Positions 12,201-25,264 of a stretch of DNA of 64,000 nt are shown one piece after another; positions within the stretch are counted from its first letter, which is position 1, and each line of letters starts with the position of its first letter. The notes beneath the pieces are model-generated. The model ran no database searches, was not told the DNA's origin, and worked only from the letters and a program-made list of their open reading frames with translations. Source of the DNA: Parasitella parasitica NRRL 2501 (Eukaryota; Fungi; Mucoromycota); contig MU619246.1 of NCBI GenBank assembly GCA_025201805.1, positions 335,067-399,066 of the forward strand, given 5' to 3'. The position numbers and the translations under genes were made by a program.

Positions 12201-15200
12201 GTAAAGCGGCTGCGGATCATATTGATGTCATTCATTGGCATTATACCGCGACCGCCTCTTTGCAGATACGAGTTTTCCAGCGTCCACTGAGCATGGTTGA
12301 TGTCTGCCTGAGAAAGCTTTGCTTTGGAATAGTGCTTAGTTAGCCTGTCATTGCACGCCCATGCGTTCCAAAGCACCAAATTATTACGATTGTAGGGCTC
12401 CGTACTGGAAAGAGGGTGCTCTAGATTATAGCCCTTGTTTAGGGCAGCAAGGTAAGCGGGAGGGATCGCAGAGGAAAGGATGACTGGGCTGTGAGCAGTT
12501 ATCTTGGCACGTTCTTGCAACAGAGTGTGCAACTTTGCTTGATGCAAAGTCAATTGACGCTCCAAATGCTGGAACTGGCGATAATTGTTGTCAGAGATGT
12601 TGGGAGCAGCAAGGAGAGTAGCTTGTTTGGTCTTCAGTACTTGGTCATGGGGCTCCCTTCCAAAACGGACCATATCCGGGATCTGAACGACAGCGCTTTT
12701 CAAAATGTCATCCAGACAAGATTGGGTCTTTGTAAGGATAAGGATAGGTTGATGAAACAGACCAGCTGTCAGAGCTTCATTCATCAACTGGGCCAGCTTG
12801 GATGCCAAGAATGTCTTTCCAGTGCCAGGAGGGCCAGACACAACAGCAATGCGGTGATTCAGCACAAATTTGACAGCCCTCAACTGACTAGGAGACAGGC
12901 TATACATGGGAAGACGTCGTGAAGCAGACGTTGTTGGGTCCAAATGAGACGGAGGCGATGGCCAAATGTTGTCGCCTGGTTTAGCACGATAGTTGCCTGC
13001 TCTGTTCATGATGCAGGAAATATCAATGTCAGCATTGGCAAGGTAGTCTGGTGCGGCATCGTCGTTGGTGATCGCAGCCTTTCCATGGTTCTCTTCGTCC
13101 CAGCAAGTGAGTTGAGCCTGAGTAAAGACGTTCTTGGCAGCCAGCACCCTTGGCGTCAGAACAGAAGACCAATGCTTCTTTTCAAACTTGAGATGTTCCG
13201 TGTAAAGCCACTTGAGAACTGCTTTGGTAGACAAGGCATTGATGTTTGAAGTGACAATAGTGTATCTATGGCTCCAGTCTAGCTTGTGGATATCATCACG
13301 ATCAATATGGATAGATACTAGACGCAACTGTTGACCGCTGTTTGAAATCGAGCTAGACGCACGCACAGCCTGACCCATCATCGATATTTCAGCTACTTGT
13401 TTCTTGACAGAGTGGCGATCTGAAGGACTGACAGCCGCATGGTTTTCAGGAAGAATAAATACCAGAGAGCCTTCCTCGAAATCAGAGACAATGTGGTCTG
13501 TGGCAAGAGCAGGACCTAGTTTAAACACGATACAAGGGTCGGACGTTTGAAAGGAAAGCGTACTCGCAATAGCCATGGTCTTTTCATAGACAGAGCACTC
13601 AGGAATCGAGATGCTACTTGAACTTTGTCCCTTGAACAGCTCCTTGATGATGCGCTGAACAGGGCCGACTAGTTCATCGCGCAGCATGAGGAAATGATAC
13701 AAAGTGTAGGCTGATATGTCAACATTGGGCCATGGATTATGCAGTTTGTTGGTAACACTAATCTCCTTTTTGCTTTCATAGTCTTCTAGAGGCTTCAGCT
13801 TCTGAATGACTTCAGTGACAACTTTATCAGCTACAGGCAACGAAGGTAGACTGCGATCCAAATCGCCCTTGCTGGATAATGCGCCGCTGCCTTCTATTGA
13901 ATTGGCCTTCAGCAAATGAAGCTGCTTAAGGAACTCAGTGTTCATGTCTTGGCTCGTAATGCTCTGAGCACTTTTGTAGATTTGCAAAATATCCTCCATG
14001 GGCAAATCCTTGTAAATTTTAGGATAGAAGCGAGACATGGTTACAGAGAATTGAAGAATGACCTTGATGTCGTCGGGTAGTGTAGCATGGCTTTTAGTGA
14101 AGCGCACAAAGTAGAAGAGAAACTGCTCCCAGTGAAAGTGTATTTTGCGCGCTGTCTCTAGTATCGACAAATTAGCCTCGTATTCCATCACAACTGTCAG
14201 TGCCTGTAGCAAAAGTCCAAACGACCGAAACGACAAGTCTGCAAGCGACCTCTGAAGTACTGTGTCAATTTTCTTTTGGAATGAATTGACTACGTTGCGA
14301 ATGTTGAATTTGGTGATGACAGAATAAAAGCAGTGCATCCATTCTCTGTCTGTGGGTGTGATTGAATACGCCATGGGTGCCGAATGGTGGTAGCTGTTGG
14401 GTGCCATTGGTATGTAAGCTTGAGGCATCATTACAACAGGAGCCATGTGTTGCATTGACTGGTGGCCCATGACATTTCCTGGTACCCACATTTTTGCCTG
14501 TGATGGCTGTGGTGGTAGTTGCGGTTGCTGTATCTGCTGCTGTGGATATGCTCTTCTATTCTCAGAGGCCCAGGCAGGCATTTTAGGGTCTGATTGGTTG
14601 GTCTGCGCAGGCGAATCCCTACCATTCAATGAAGAGTGGAAGGGCGAGTGTACGTCGTGATTGCTAGCAGAAAAAGACTGATTTTCTATCGTGACCCAGG
14701 CAGGAGCTGTTGTTCTGTCGTTCAAGACATCAGCGTACGACTGTTTGGGCTGATTGTAGGTGGTGGCAATGTTGTCACCAGATGCTCCCTTCTCAAAGGT
14801 CGTTGCGGAGACATCGTCGCTTGTTTTTGGTACAGCTTCTTCTGAAAAGAAAGCACTTTGAGAGAGCCATTCCGTTTTCTTCTTATTCTTTGAATCAACA
14901 AGCTCCACGTCGACGCCTTCCCCCCAAGAATCGATTGCTTCTGTTTTGAGATCTTCAAACTTGGTGACAGCCGGCTTGAATTTTACAGACGTAAGCGAGT
15001 CTACAGTGCCGTCTCTCGACCTATGTTTAGAATTTGTGGTTGATGTTGATATGTTGGGTGTGATGGACCCTGTATAGCCTTCGTGGGTGTTGTTGCTGTC
15101 AGATGACATTGATTTTGTGGGAACTTGTTTACTGCTGGCATTGGCATTGGCATGGCTGGCGGGAGGGGTATAATCGTTCTTTGATGGTTGTGCCGTAGAT

Positions 15201-15545
15201 CTATCAAGATGTTGGCGTTCAAGTTTACATTACAGCATATCAATACATACGCTTGAGAAAGACCGTTCATGCTGGATGGTATTTCGGAATGGCTACAAAC
15301 GCCAACGAGAATTGGTATACACAATACATGATTAGAACAAGGGGGGAAACTTACGGGCTTCTTGGAAGTGATGCTGGCCGACTAGTAGATTTTTTTGAGG
15401 TTATTTGTGGCACTAGATCGTCCATGGACGTAGGCATAGTACGACGACTTTTTTCCAACGGCTTACGCGGCTGCGAGGCTCTAGTTATGGAATGCAGCGT
15501 CGACTTGGACAAGATGGCTTCCTTTAGTTCAGAAAAGCCGTTCAT
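9263..15545 (-). CDS. ZNFX1-like SF1 (UPF1-like) RNA helicase with NF-X1 zinc-finger repeats and a C-terminal RZ finger. Exons 15545-15355, 15292-15251, 15200-10388, 10314-10010, 9955-9813, 9738-9263; true start may lie further upstream
   Basis: GPPGTGKT Walker A, VIVDEASE Walker B, SLFER, QWRMH, ALTRAKYG, many C-x3-L-x-CGH-x-C repeats, and terminal WFVCQNQHPYYVGDCGG...CPECDAPIGG RZ finger. GT-AG splicing keeps the frame. Confidence 0.88.
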
Positions 15546-16333
15546 TTCTGCTTGATGTTTTGAGATGGAAGCAACAAGTCCTTGAAAAATATTAAAGATA
15601 TATCGGAAAAGAACAAGACACCATCCTGCTACCGTGGCAAGGTACTACTACCTACACAAAGCCTGTGGGGCCAGACAGTCACCTCCGTTATCACCACATT
15701 GTTCCTACATTGCCTTTGCAAGCGATTGGCTCCTCACAGAAAAAGAAATGTCAATCACCTTTCAATTCGACGTAAAAAGACAATGCAAAAAACAGGGAGC
15801 AAACAGGGAGGCCCAAGTGCAAGGAGAGCATGCAATGGTCTCATCGGCCTGATATAATATAGCGTGTCTGACACCTAATTATATACATTTGGAAAATTGG
15901 AAAAAATTAAGCTTTCTTCTTCTTTGGAACCAAAACAGCCAAAGACCAAAGATTTTTTCTTACAGGCAAGGTTTTATAATAATTTTAGAGTAGTGGCCTG
16001 TTATCATGTACAGAGACCATCGAAAAAAAAAAAAAGTCTTATGATGGGAACAAGGCTATAACACATGTATACAATAGATAGAACAAAAGAGATATACCAT
16101 GTCTTTCTACAAAAACTACTAGTTCAACGCAGCAGATCTGTGAGGCCACACTGACCCAAGATTTCTTTATACTGTATATAAAATATTGGCAATCATTGTG
16201 TGATGTTAATTTGAAGCTCCCCTTTTCCCAGATGTCTGTTACTATAAAAAGATCACAACATCATTTCTTGCTTTCTTTTTTCTTTATTCCCTTTCTACAA
16301 AAAAAAAATAAACAAATAATACCAAAGCCAAGG

Positions 16334-18342
16334 ATGGGACAGCACACTAGCAGAGACCACGCACCTTTGACATTTGGCTACGTTAACCATGCCGGTGAGG
16401 AAAATGAAGATGTCAATGAATCTCTTGAACATTTCGGTGGAAATCAAAAAGACTTTGTGTTGGCCAACCCCCATTTGTACCAATTACAGACAATCTGTAA
16501 CGAATGCAACACAATGAAAGCAGTAAGCGAGGTGGTAGTCTCGCTGACCGGGACGGGCGAATCATGCTCTAAATGTCAGAAGCAAAAGAGATTGTCATTG
16601 GTCCGCAAAGACTTGGCAGAGGATTTAGAGTACATTGACCAAACGTACTACCCAGAGTTGGTGCATTACAACAATAACACAGCAGAACAGGATCCTATGG
16701 AAAAAGAGCTGCTGCAGTTTGAAGGGGACAGCGAAGATGGGTCCCAGCAGTGGTCCAGATTAACAATCGGCGAAGTGACTCCTGGTGGCACCAAAAGACG
16801 ACCAAGACGCTTAACAGGCCCCTCGATGGCTGTGGATCTCTCTGCTAGATCACTTGTGAAACTGAGTCCAAGCATCGGCTATCTGGATAGTCTGACCAAG
16901 CTCAATCTGTAAGTTTTCTTTGTTTATTTATGTGATGGCTCCCCTATTCATGTGCTTGTTTAAACAACAGTTCAAACAATCAAATGACAAGCTTGCCACG
17001 AGAACTCGGCTACCTCAAGAACCTGCGAGTGCTAAACATATCCAATAATGCTATCGATGAGGTCCCGGATACAATTGCGTTTCTAACCAAACTCAAAGCA
17101 TTGAACGTAGCCCACAACAAGCTTGTACAACTCCCCTCTTCCATTGGTCAATTACCTAAATTAGTTATCATCATTGCAAACAACAACAATCTCGCCTCTC
17201 TTCCCCGCGAATTCTCGCATTTGGTTAACCTCATTTCGCTCAATGTCTCCAGCAATCCACTCAGGTCGTTGCCTGCCGAGATTGCTGCTTTAAGCTCACT
17301 CCGCAAACTTCTCACCGAGGATTGCGCCTTTGAAGAAGAATACACTTATGGACTAAAGCATGATCCACCTTCCCTGTTTGAGACTTGTGCTCGTATTGCC
17401 GTTCGATCTCAAACGAACATTCCCAATCAACTTGCTGACCACATCAAAGACTACATATCGCGTGCAGACACCTGCTCATACTGCCAAGGTCCGTTCTTTG
17501 AGAACTTCGTCACTCGAGCTCGTTTCATAGAGAGACGGGCTGGCCATCCCATGGCATTAGAATATACATTGTGCTGTGCCCATTGGACAAACGAGAAAGA
17601 TAGATTGCTGGCCATGTTTTCTCAACAACCCACAAGTGCCATTACCAAGGGCAATAGAATTGATATGGATGGCTTGAATGATGCACCCACAACGTCTCGA
17701 CATCGAGCCTACAGCGATACCAGCAACTCTTATTATAGACCACCCACGATATCTACACCCTCTCCTCTTTCGAGAAGATCCAACTCGAATGCTTCTGATT
17801 GCCCTCCACCAAGTTGCCTCGCAACGGATTATTTCTCCTTAACTACACCTATTTCATCGCTACTTAAAAACCAACCAGACTTGCCTGCTCTCCCAACGAC
17901 TGAAGAACCGACAAGCTACTTATCACCCCCTTCCCCTTCATCTCCTTCCATGCTTTCGCCTACACAAAGAAATCGACCTCGTGCAGCTTCTGCAGCCTCT
18001 GTCACCAAACGACTCACCAACTTTATTCGTTCCAATAGCACTGCTTCTACTAATAGATCTCGTAGCGCTAGCAATTCATCCACCACATCTTCTTTACGCT
18101 ACGAAACAGTAACATCCTCAAGTACAACAACAGGATTGCGTGACTGGGCAGATACCATCCAAATTGCTGCTGCTGCCAATGCCGCCGCCACCGCTGCTGC
18201 TGCTGCTGCTGCTGCTGCTGAAACTATTCCACCTCATGATCAATTCATTCATGTTCTAAAGACCCAACATCAACTCCAGCATCAGCTCCAGCATCAGCTC
18301 CACCATCGCCATTTTGCAACTGAATTGTCGTCAGAAACATAA
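16334..18342 (+). CDS. LRR protein with a BC-box-like and Cys-rich module (LRRC58-like). Exons 16334-16908, 16971-18342
   Basis: LxxLxLxxN repeats, then PPSLFETCARIAV...YISRADTCSYCQGPFF...LEYTLCCAHW resembling the LRRC58 C-terminus. The N-terminus MGQHTS fits the myristoylation consensus. Confidence 0.8.
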
Positions 18343-18992
18343 ACTTGCTGTATCAGCAAGTTTTTCTTGTATATTACTATTTTCTCGCTTGTTATATACA
18401 TTGCTTTGTTTTCTTTTATAGACTCTATGCATATTGATGGAACAATATCCCTCACACGCTTGCCCTTGTTTTTTTTTTATTTTTTTTTTTATTCCACATA
18501 TCGTTATTACGACAGCAATAAAATAGCCATATATCATCATATGTTTTGTTTGTTCAACTTGAGATTGTGTAGTTGTGAGATTGACAGGAGACATTCAGTC
18601 GTGTACAATATGCTGGGTATCATTTATTGGGTTTTGCTGTTTTTAATTTTAAAGGTACCGTTGTACCAGTGGACCTCTACTCGGCACTTTTTGAAATGAA
18701 CAATCATGAAACATGAACCAGTTTTTAGTTCATATTTTTATACCGCTCAAAACTATTTGCCTAGCCTCTGTTATAAATGTAGCATCATTTGTTCTAACCT
18801 CAAAGTTAAACAACTTTCAACGTCTGGGTATTAGTAATGAGCCAATGTTTGATCTAGGTTATCGTTCAAAAAGAACCAAAGCTGAATATGAGATGACAAA
18901 AAAGTAACAATGAACTTTCATCTCAATGGTACAGCGAAAACCCGGGAGTAGGAGAGGAAGGACGAAGCTAGAATTACATGTTGAAAGTTTAT

Positions 18993-19868
18993 TCACTTGG
19001 ATGCCGTAATAATCAATACATCATCTTCACCTTTAAAGACATCCAGTAACATTTTGCTCATTTGTTTAGGATTCACAGGAATACTGACTTTGCCGTTATG
19101 ACGAGAGATGGTGAATGTCTCTGGTAAGCCATCCAGCTCCTTTTTGATCTCCTCAATGGCAGTTTCTATAGTTTGATTTTGCAAAAAGATTGATCCGTGC
19201 AGGTTCTCATCTTGACGGGATGACAGATAAACCAGTATCTCTTTCTCCTCCACTGCTGCTGCTGCTACTGACGAGGACGAGGACGATGTTACGGCACTTT
19301 AGATTCCACAAACTCTTTACATTTCCAAATACACATACCTTCTTTTTGTTGCACAGGATTCTTTAATAATTCAGCAGCTGTTTGCTTTCTCATTATATTT
19401 TCAATCTTGTTCTCCGAGAATTCCTCTGGCAGCAGCCAAGTTTTTTCCAAATCTGGATTTTGCATGTAGGTTGGCACAATAGGAAGAGCTGGCTCAGGTC
19501 CCACAGAAACGCTGGACTCATCACCGCCAACAGCACGTAACACGTCAGCAGCAGCGTCGTGATTCACTGCCAAATCCAAGGCCGTCTGTCCTTTTTTTGT
19601 TTTGATGAGTGGATCAGCGCCGCTCCTTAATAAGGTTGTTATAACATGCTCGTGGCCTCTGTGAGCAGCCCAATGTAATGCCGTCCTTTTTCGGTGAGCA
19701 ATCAGTGCCTACTTGCATCTTGGTTTCCGAACCCTATACTTACCAACCGTTCATGGCATTTTGAGAGTTGAGATTCACACCTGAATGAGCTAGCTGAAGC
19801 GTCGCTTTGATGTTGCCCAATGCAGCCACTTCTCTAAGAGTTTCTTCTCTTTCATCGCGATACTGCAT
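18993..19868 (-). CDS. ANKRD40-like ankyrin-repeat protein. Exons ~19868-19744, 19685-19339, 19267-18993
   Basis: Spliced N-terminus LREVAALGN...GVNLNSQNAMNGW|TALHWAAHRGH...GADPLIKTKKGQTALDLA, followed by LPIVPTYMQNP, matches the ANKRD40 pattern. Confidence 0.78.
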
Positions 19869-20468
19869 TATTTTATTTTTTTCTGAGTGAAATGAAAAGA
19901 TTCTCTACAAAGGGGGGGGGGAAGGCTTGCCCCCATGGGTTAAAAACCAAGTCTACTCCGAAACGTTGTCCTGATTAGACCTATCATCGGTCACAAAGAC
20001 TGTTACGGAAAACGACTTTGTATTGTTACATTCAATAGCCTAAACAATAGCATTCCGGGAAGCGAGACTCGCTTGGAGATTTACATGCAAAAAAAAAAAA
20101 AAAGAAAAAAAGAAAAATCATACGATTGTATATCAATGCCCTGTTATTCAAAAAGTAGGCAAGCACATTCTTGTTCTTTCCATGTATTACAGCATGTATT
20201 TTGAAAGGTCAGTGTTCAAATGTTATTCAGCGTATCTCTTTGGATCTCGATGTACAAACGCACCAAATTAAGAAGGTGAGCTGATTTTTTTTTTTTCATG
20301 TAGCTACAAAACTTCATGTAAACTTGCTTGTACCACAAAAGTACATTGGAAATGGCAATTTCAATAATAAAGGTTGAAAGTTCTCCTTAAAAAAAAATGA
20401 TATTTTAGTGATCAAGTAACATCTTTTTTTCGCTGTTCCTTCCTCTCTACATACATAATCATACCACC

Positions 20469-22760
20469 ATGCCGAAAACCGATACAAGCTTATCCACATA
20501 TACGTCCATGATGAGAGTGACAACCAAAGGGAGGCCGTATACAAAAGTAATTTACAAATAGAATTTTCTGCCATCATTTTGAAAAAAAAAAAGCTTAACG
20601 GACATTTAGGATTTATACGACATGTTTGCTGCAGTGCTACTGCAAATAAACTTGAAGGATCATAGAATCATGTTTCGCACATACCCTTACACCTTTACCA
20701 CTGATGAAGCTGCCAAAGTAATGGCATCATTGGTATTCACCCATGTCCATCGCAACCCTGATCCAGCCAATCCAGCTCGCCAAATTGCCACCAGAACGAC
20801 CACCACCTTTAGCATGGACTACAGCACAGCCAAGAATCTGCTTCAGCATTTCCTATCTGCGCGATTGATTGTCAGTGCCGCTGATCCTACGAATTGGAGC
20901 GTGCGAGACAAGGGCCTTTGGTGTCCCACCTTGAAGGGGAAATATGTCATGGAGGAATTCACAGACTCCACTCAAGTAGAAATGACAGATACGTTGATTG
21001 CGGCTCTCAATGCTCCATATATGTCACCTGGAACGTCTGGAAGTACTGGAAGTCGAATCATCACTCTGGATCGTTTGCTGGACAACGATGACCAAATCAC
21101 TTTTTCCAGGCCCAATATGACGGCTGCTTTCAGGGCCATGATGGCAAGCCTTCCCCGGGATGCCCTATTGATTGACGATATCAGCGGTATCGAAAAGAGG
21201 AGCCTTCCTATCTTCCAGTATACTTTTGTAGGCTTGCATTGTGTTGAATGGTTAACCGAGAGACTAACTGTAACGTCGATTGAAGAAGCTGAGAGCGTTG
21301 CTGCTGAATTTGTCTTGTTTGGTTGGGTTGCTCAAGTCCTGGATAAATCTGACAAGGCACACAATGCCAAAGACGACAGCATGGCTTTCCGAACTGCTCG
21401 CAATGCTATCTACTATGTTACCGAAAGAGGTTGCCTAGTTACCGGTTGGAAATCACCCCTCGCTGAAGAGGCAGCGCAGGCTGGTAACCAGAGCAGCAGT
21501 AGCGGTCTCTCACTTGATTCGGATGTAAGCAGCGTCAAGCCTCCAATACATCGCGGAATGCCCAAACAAACACCACCACCGTCTGCTATAGCAAAGTACG
21601 GCTACTATGACCCTATGGAGGACAATTCTGCCGTTGCGGCCACAACAGAGATGGTGCGTCATGATTCTGCTACCGGTCTGGTAGAACAAAAAGCGTCTAT
21701 GGGTCAGAACAACAATTCGGTTGAGACTGTAGTGGACCCCCAGTCTGAGCAACAAAAACAGCAAAATAGACATTCATTCCATCGTCCACCCAGCATGTCC
21801 ATAACAGACTCATCAATGTCGCATAATAGCAACGCCTCCAGCACGAGCGCGTACATCAACAAAGACAACTCGCAATGGACTCGCTTGACACAAATACTGG
21901 AAACGCCCCTGATGCGCATGTATTTCAGGGACTTTTTACGTTCGAATTATAGCGAGGAAAACATCAACTTCTGGGTAGACCATAGCAAGCTGCTACAAAA
22001 CTTGAAGCAAAGCAAAAAGACTGTGCTGGAGCAACTGTCAGAATGCTATTCAATCTACGAACTTTATTTAGGACAAAATGCCACGGCCGATGTCAATATT
22101 GATCATACATTACACCAGGAGATTATCAAATACGTAACTGCTGTGTTTTTCGTTACGAATTCGACAACACCAGTAACAGCAGCAGCAGCAGCAGCAGCAG
22201 CAGGAGGAGGAGGTGCTACCGCGGCAAATACCGCAACTGCGACAGCACAACCAACGCCTAAATATCCCTACTTTATTGCAGGACCCACTAACCATCAAAC
22301 GCTCGCAACGAATCAGCCTATCAAAGCCAGCAAGGCATCCAGTAGGCTACTATTGATGCCGCCTGAAGCCGGTAAAACCAATAAACAACGTATCATTACT
22401 ATCCGTGGCATTCCTCCAGAACGATGTCTGATCAAATTGCTAAAAATGTTTGGCCGAGTCAATGATCATGTATGTGCTATGATGGCGGAAGACTCTGTTC
22501 CAAAGTTTATCAAGACTGAAAAGTACAAGAAATTGGTTGCAAAGCAACAACGCGATGCGTTGGCATTGGAGACAGACATTGACGAAAGCGACGATGAGAG
22601 CGACGATTTTTCGTTTGAGGACAGCGACGAAGACAATCAAGAAAGAAAAAGGATCATGCACTTGACAACTGCTTTGTCTGCACAAAGATCTTCGATGGAT
22701 CACCAAAGACATGAAGGTAATACAAACACTCTGAATGCCTCTATAACTACTACTATTTAA
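20469..22760 (+). CDS. DEP-RGS regulator of G-protein signalling (Sst2/FlbA family). Exons 20469-20546, 20610-22760
   Basis: GRPYTK|DLYDMF N-terminus, DEP-like segments (YPYTFT, YTFVGLHCVEWL), and RGS box FRDFLRSNYSEENINFW...MMAEDSVPKF. Confidence 0.88.
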
Positions 22761-22862
22761 GAAAACGCTTATATGATGAATATGCTACTCTCCTTAATTA
22801 ACGTATATATTGTAATTTTTATTTTCTATTACCTACTATTACTATTTGTGTCACAAAAATAC

Positions 22863-22897
<35 letters not shown>

Positions 22898-23323
22898 ACA
22901 TGCATATGATTGAAAGTTTTAAATAAAAGCATTTTGCTATCATCTCTGTGAATTTTGGTAATGTAAAAGCGAATAATACGCTTTAGACGTACAAGCATGC
23001 CATGCCATAATACATGAAACCCGTAAGCCAATGAAAGCTCTTACACTACTGTCCAGAAAAATTATGAAGCATGGCCGTATTTCTAAACTTTTACGCTGTT
23101 GCCGACTTATTAGGTCAGCTATTACTGCTGTTATGATGTGGGATTTAGACCACAACTGACTAAATAAAGTTTTCTCTCTCAACTTTTTTTTTTGAAGCAT
23201 TATGCATGGTAATAACAGAGCTAATAATGATAAAACTGAACTATAACTAACAGGTTTTATTATTAAACGTACTTTCTATTTGCTTAGAAGTCATAAGTAA
23301 GAAACTAATGAAACACCATATAG

Positions 23324-23760
23324 CATCAGAGATATCATTGTGAAATCCTTGCTAGGTATGTATACGCAATTAAAACTAGTATCTGATGCGTTTTACCTTT
23401 CTATTACCCAACATTGCGAAGATCTACCATCTGTTTTTGTTGTAATGCAAAGCTTAATTGATAGCATGGAGAATTTAATCAAATATAGCGTATCTTTGTA
23501 TGAAGAATATCAAATTTTACCAATCGTGTTTATTTTTTTCGGTTGCAGGATATTTAAACGAAGAAGTTAAATCAAAATCCAAGTCGAATGAAGGCGCATT
23601 TTTGATGGAAGCATATAGTGAATTTTGGGCTAATCGTTGCTATATAATGTCGTCATCAGAATCTGTTCTTGGCTCTATTAATGAATATCCCTTCGATAAG
23701 TTGGCTGCGTTGGCTTAAATACTCCTTTATGGATAGAGAAAACAGCTCACGTAGAGACGA
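23324..23760 (+). pseudogene. Possible decayed gene fragment
   Basis: Two short ORF pieces joinable by a GT..AG intron (~23490-23548), with no clear start and stops downstream. No family recognised. Confidence 0.25.
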
Positions 23761-24097
23761 TCCAACTATACGGCCTTTCTTTGATCTTGTCAATGAATGA
23801 AAGTAACACTTTTCTGAAAGAAAGAAATCGTCTTACCAACTGAAAATTCTTGATATTAGTGAATATTTGAGATAATTTTCAAGTAGAATGTGCATGTTGG
23901 ATTCTTTTCCATCATTATGGAGATATTCTCTCAAGATATTACGAGGAGACTTTAGATTGCTAACAACAAATGTTTAATGTATTGAACTTTTTTATTATGT
24001 AAAAAAATTCATATGAAGCGATGGTAATAACACAATCTTAAAAAGACAAACAATGGATACTATAAAAAGGGGTAAATTATGATCATATAATAAAAAA

Positions 24098-25227
24098 CTA
24101 TTCAGTGCTATCCGCTGCTTTTCGTTTGCGAGACTTCGACTTCTGGTTGTGATAGGCAGATTTTAAAGTATGAAAGCTAGCGTAAGTAGAAAAAAAGCCT
24201 TCATTTTGTCCATCATTATAACATGCTTCCCATTTCATACGGCCATGGTTATTGACTTTATAATTTTCGATGTAATCCAAATTGTTTTTGAGAGCCGTGT
24301 CATCGTGGTTGCTTGGAGGTGTGGAGAGGTTTGAGATGTCAGGCGTATCTTCAATTGGTATTAAGTCTTTATCCTTTCCAGTAAACTTTCTTTCTTGTCT
24401 GAAAAAAAAATTCTCTCCGTCTTTTGCATATTTTTCCACTTTCTCTGCTGACTCCCCTTTATCGAGACAAGTCAAGATTTTCTGGAATTGCTGTCTCGCT
24501 TTAAAGCACAAATCTTTGATAACTTCTAAATTCTCCTCTTCTACTTGACATTCATCTTCAAATTTTTCTTTTGCGACTAGATAAATTAATTGAATTGTAG
24601 GATCTTGCTTTTTGTCCAAGGATAAGATAATTTGCTTTTGTAGGCTGAGAAAGTGTTCCAAAGCAACTAATGGATTCAGTGGTGTGTGTAGCAAGTGATT
24701 TTCAATTGAGTTTGGCGAAATAATTTGGCATTTTTGAGCCCAAAAGTCGCAAGAGACTTCGTCAAAATAGGAATTCTTGAAATTGATCAATCTTGATCTA
24801 AGTCCTTCATTGGCAAACCCTTTGATGGAAAATATCAACATAATTGGTTGTACTCCATATTCTTCTTTCAGAGAGATGCAATATTTAATTGCTTGCGCAA
24901 TGAAATCTTCGTTCACCTTATTTTGTATCTCCACTAAAACTGGTGGAAGATCTGGATTGGTGGGGAGGTACAGCACATTGGAAACGGCCTTGTTGGCTCG
25001 TTCGCAGCGGCCCAAAGTATATGATGCGCTTGACGCGTGATCCCCAACTACATCTTTAAGAATTATATCCATCAACCTTTCGTCTTTCAACATTATTGTG
25101 CTCATTATGTCTGAGCCAAGGCGGCTATCGCTGGGAAGGGTGAAGAGAGCAAGGTTGTCTAAAAAGTTGTGGTTAGTTTTATTATTGATTACTGTTCCTA
25201 CCGTTGCTTACCTGGAATATTGGTCAT
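24098..25227 (-). CDS. Rpn/YhgA-like PD-(D/E)XK nuclease-fold protein, probably mobile-element associated. Exons ~25227-25212, ~25158-24098
   Basis: MTNIP|DNLALF short first exon. Pattern SD-x-h...(D/N)VLY...PPVLVEIQ...F-x2-(R/Q)-x3-Y...hhIFSI resembles the Rpn/PDDEXK_2 family. AT-rich codon usage. Confidence 0.6.
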
Positions 25228-25264
25228 GATGAGTAGAGGAAAAACGGCGAGGGGGGGGCGAGAA

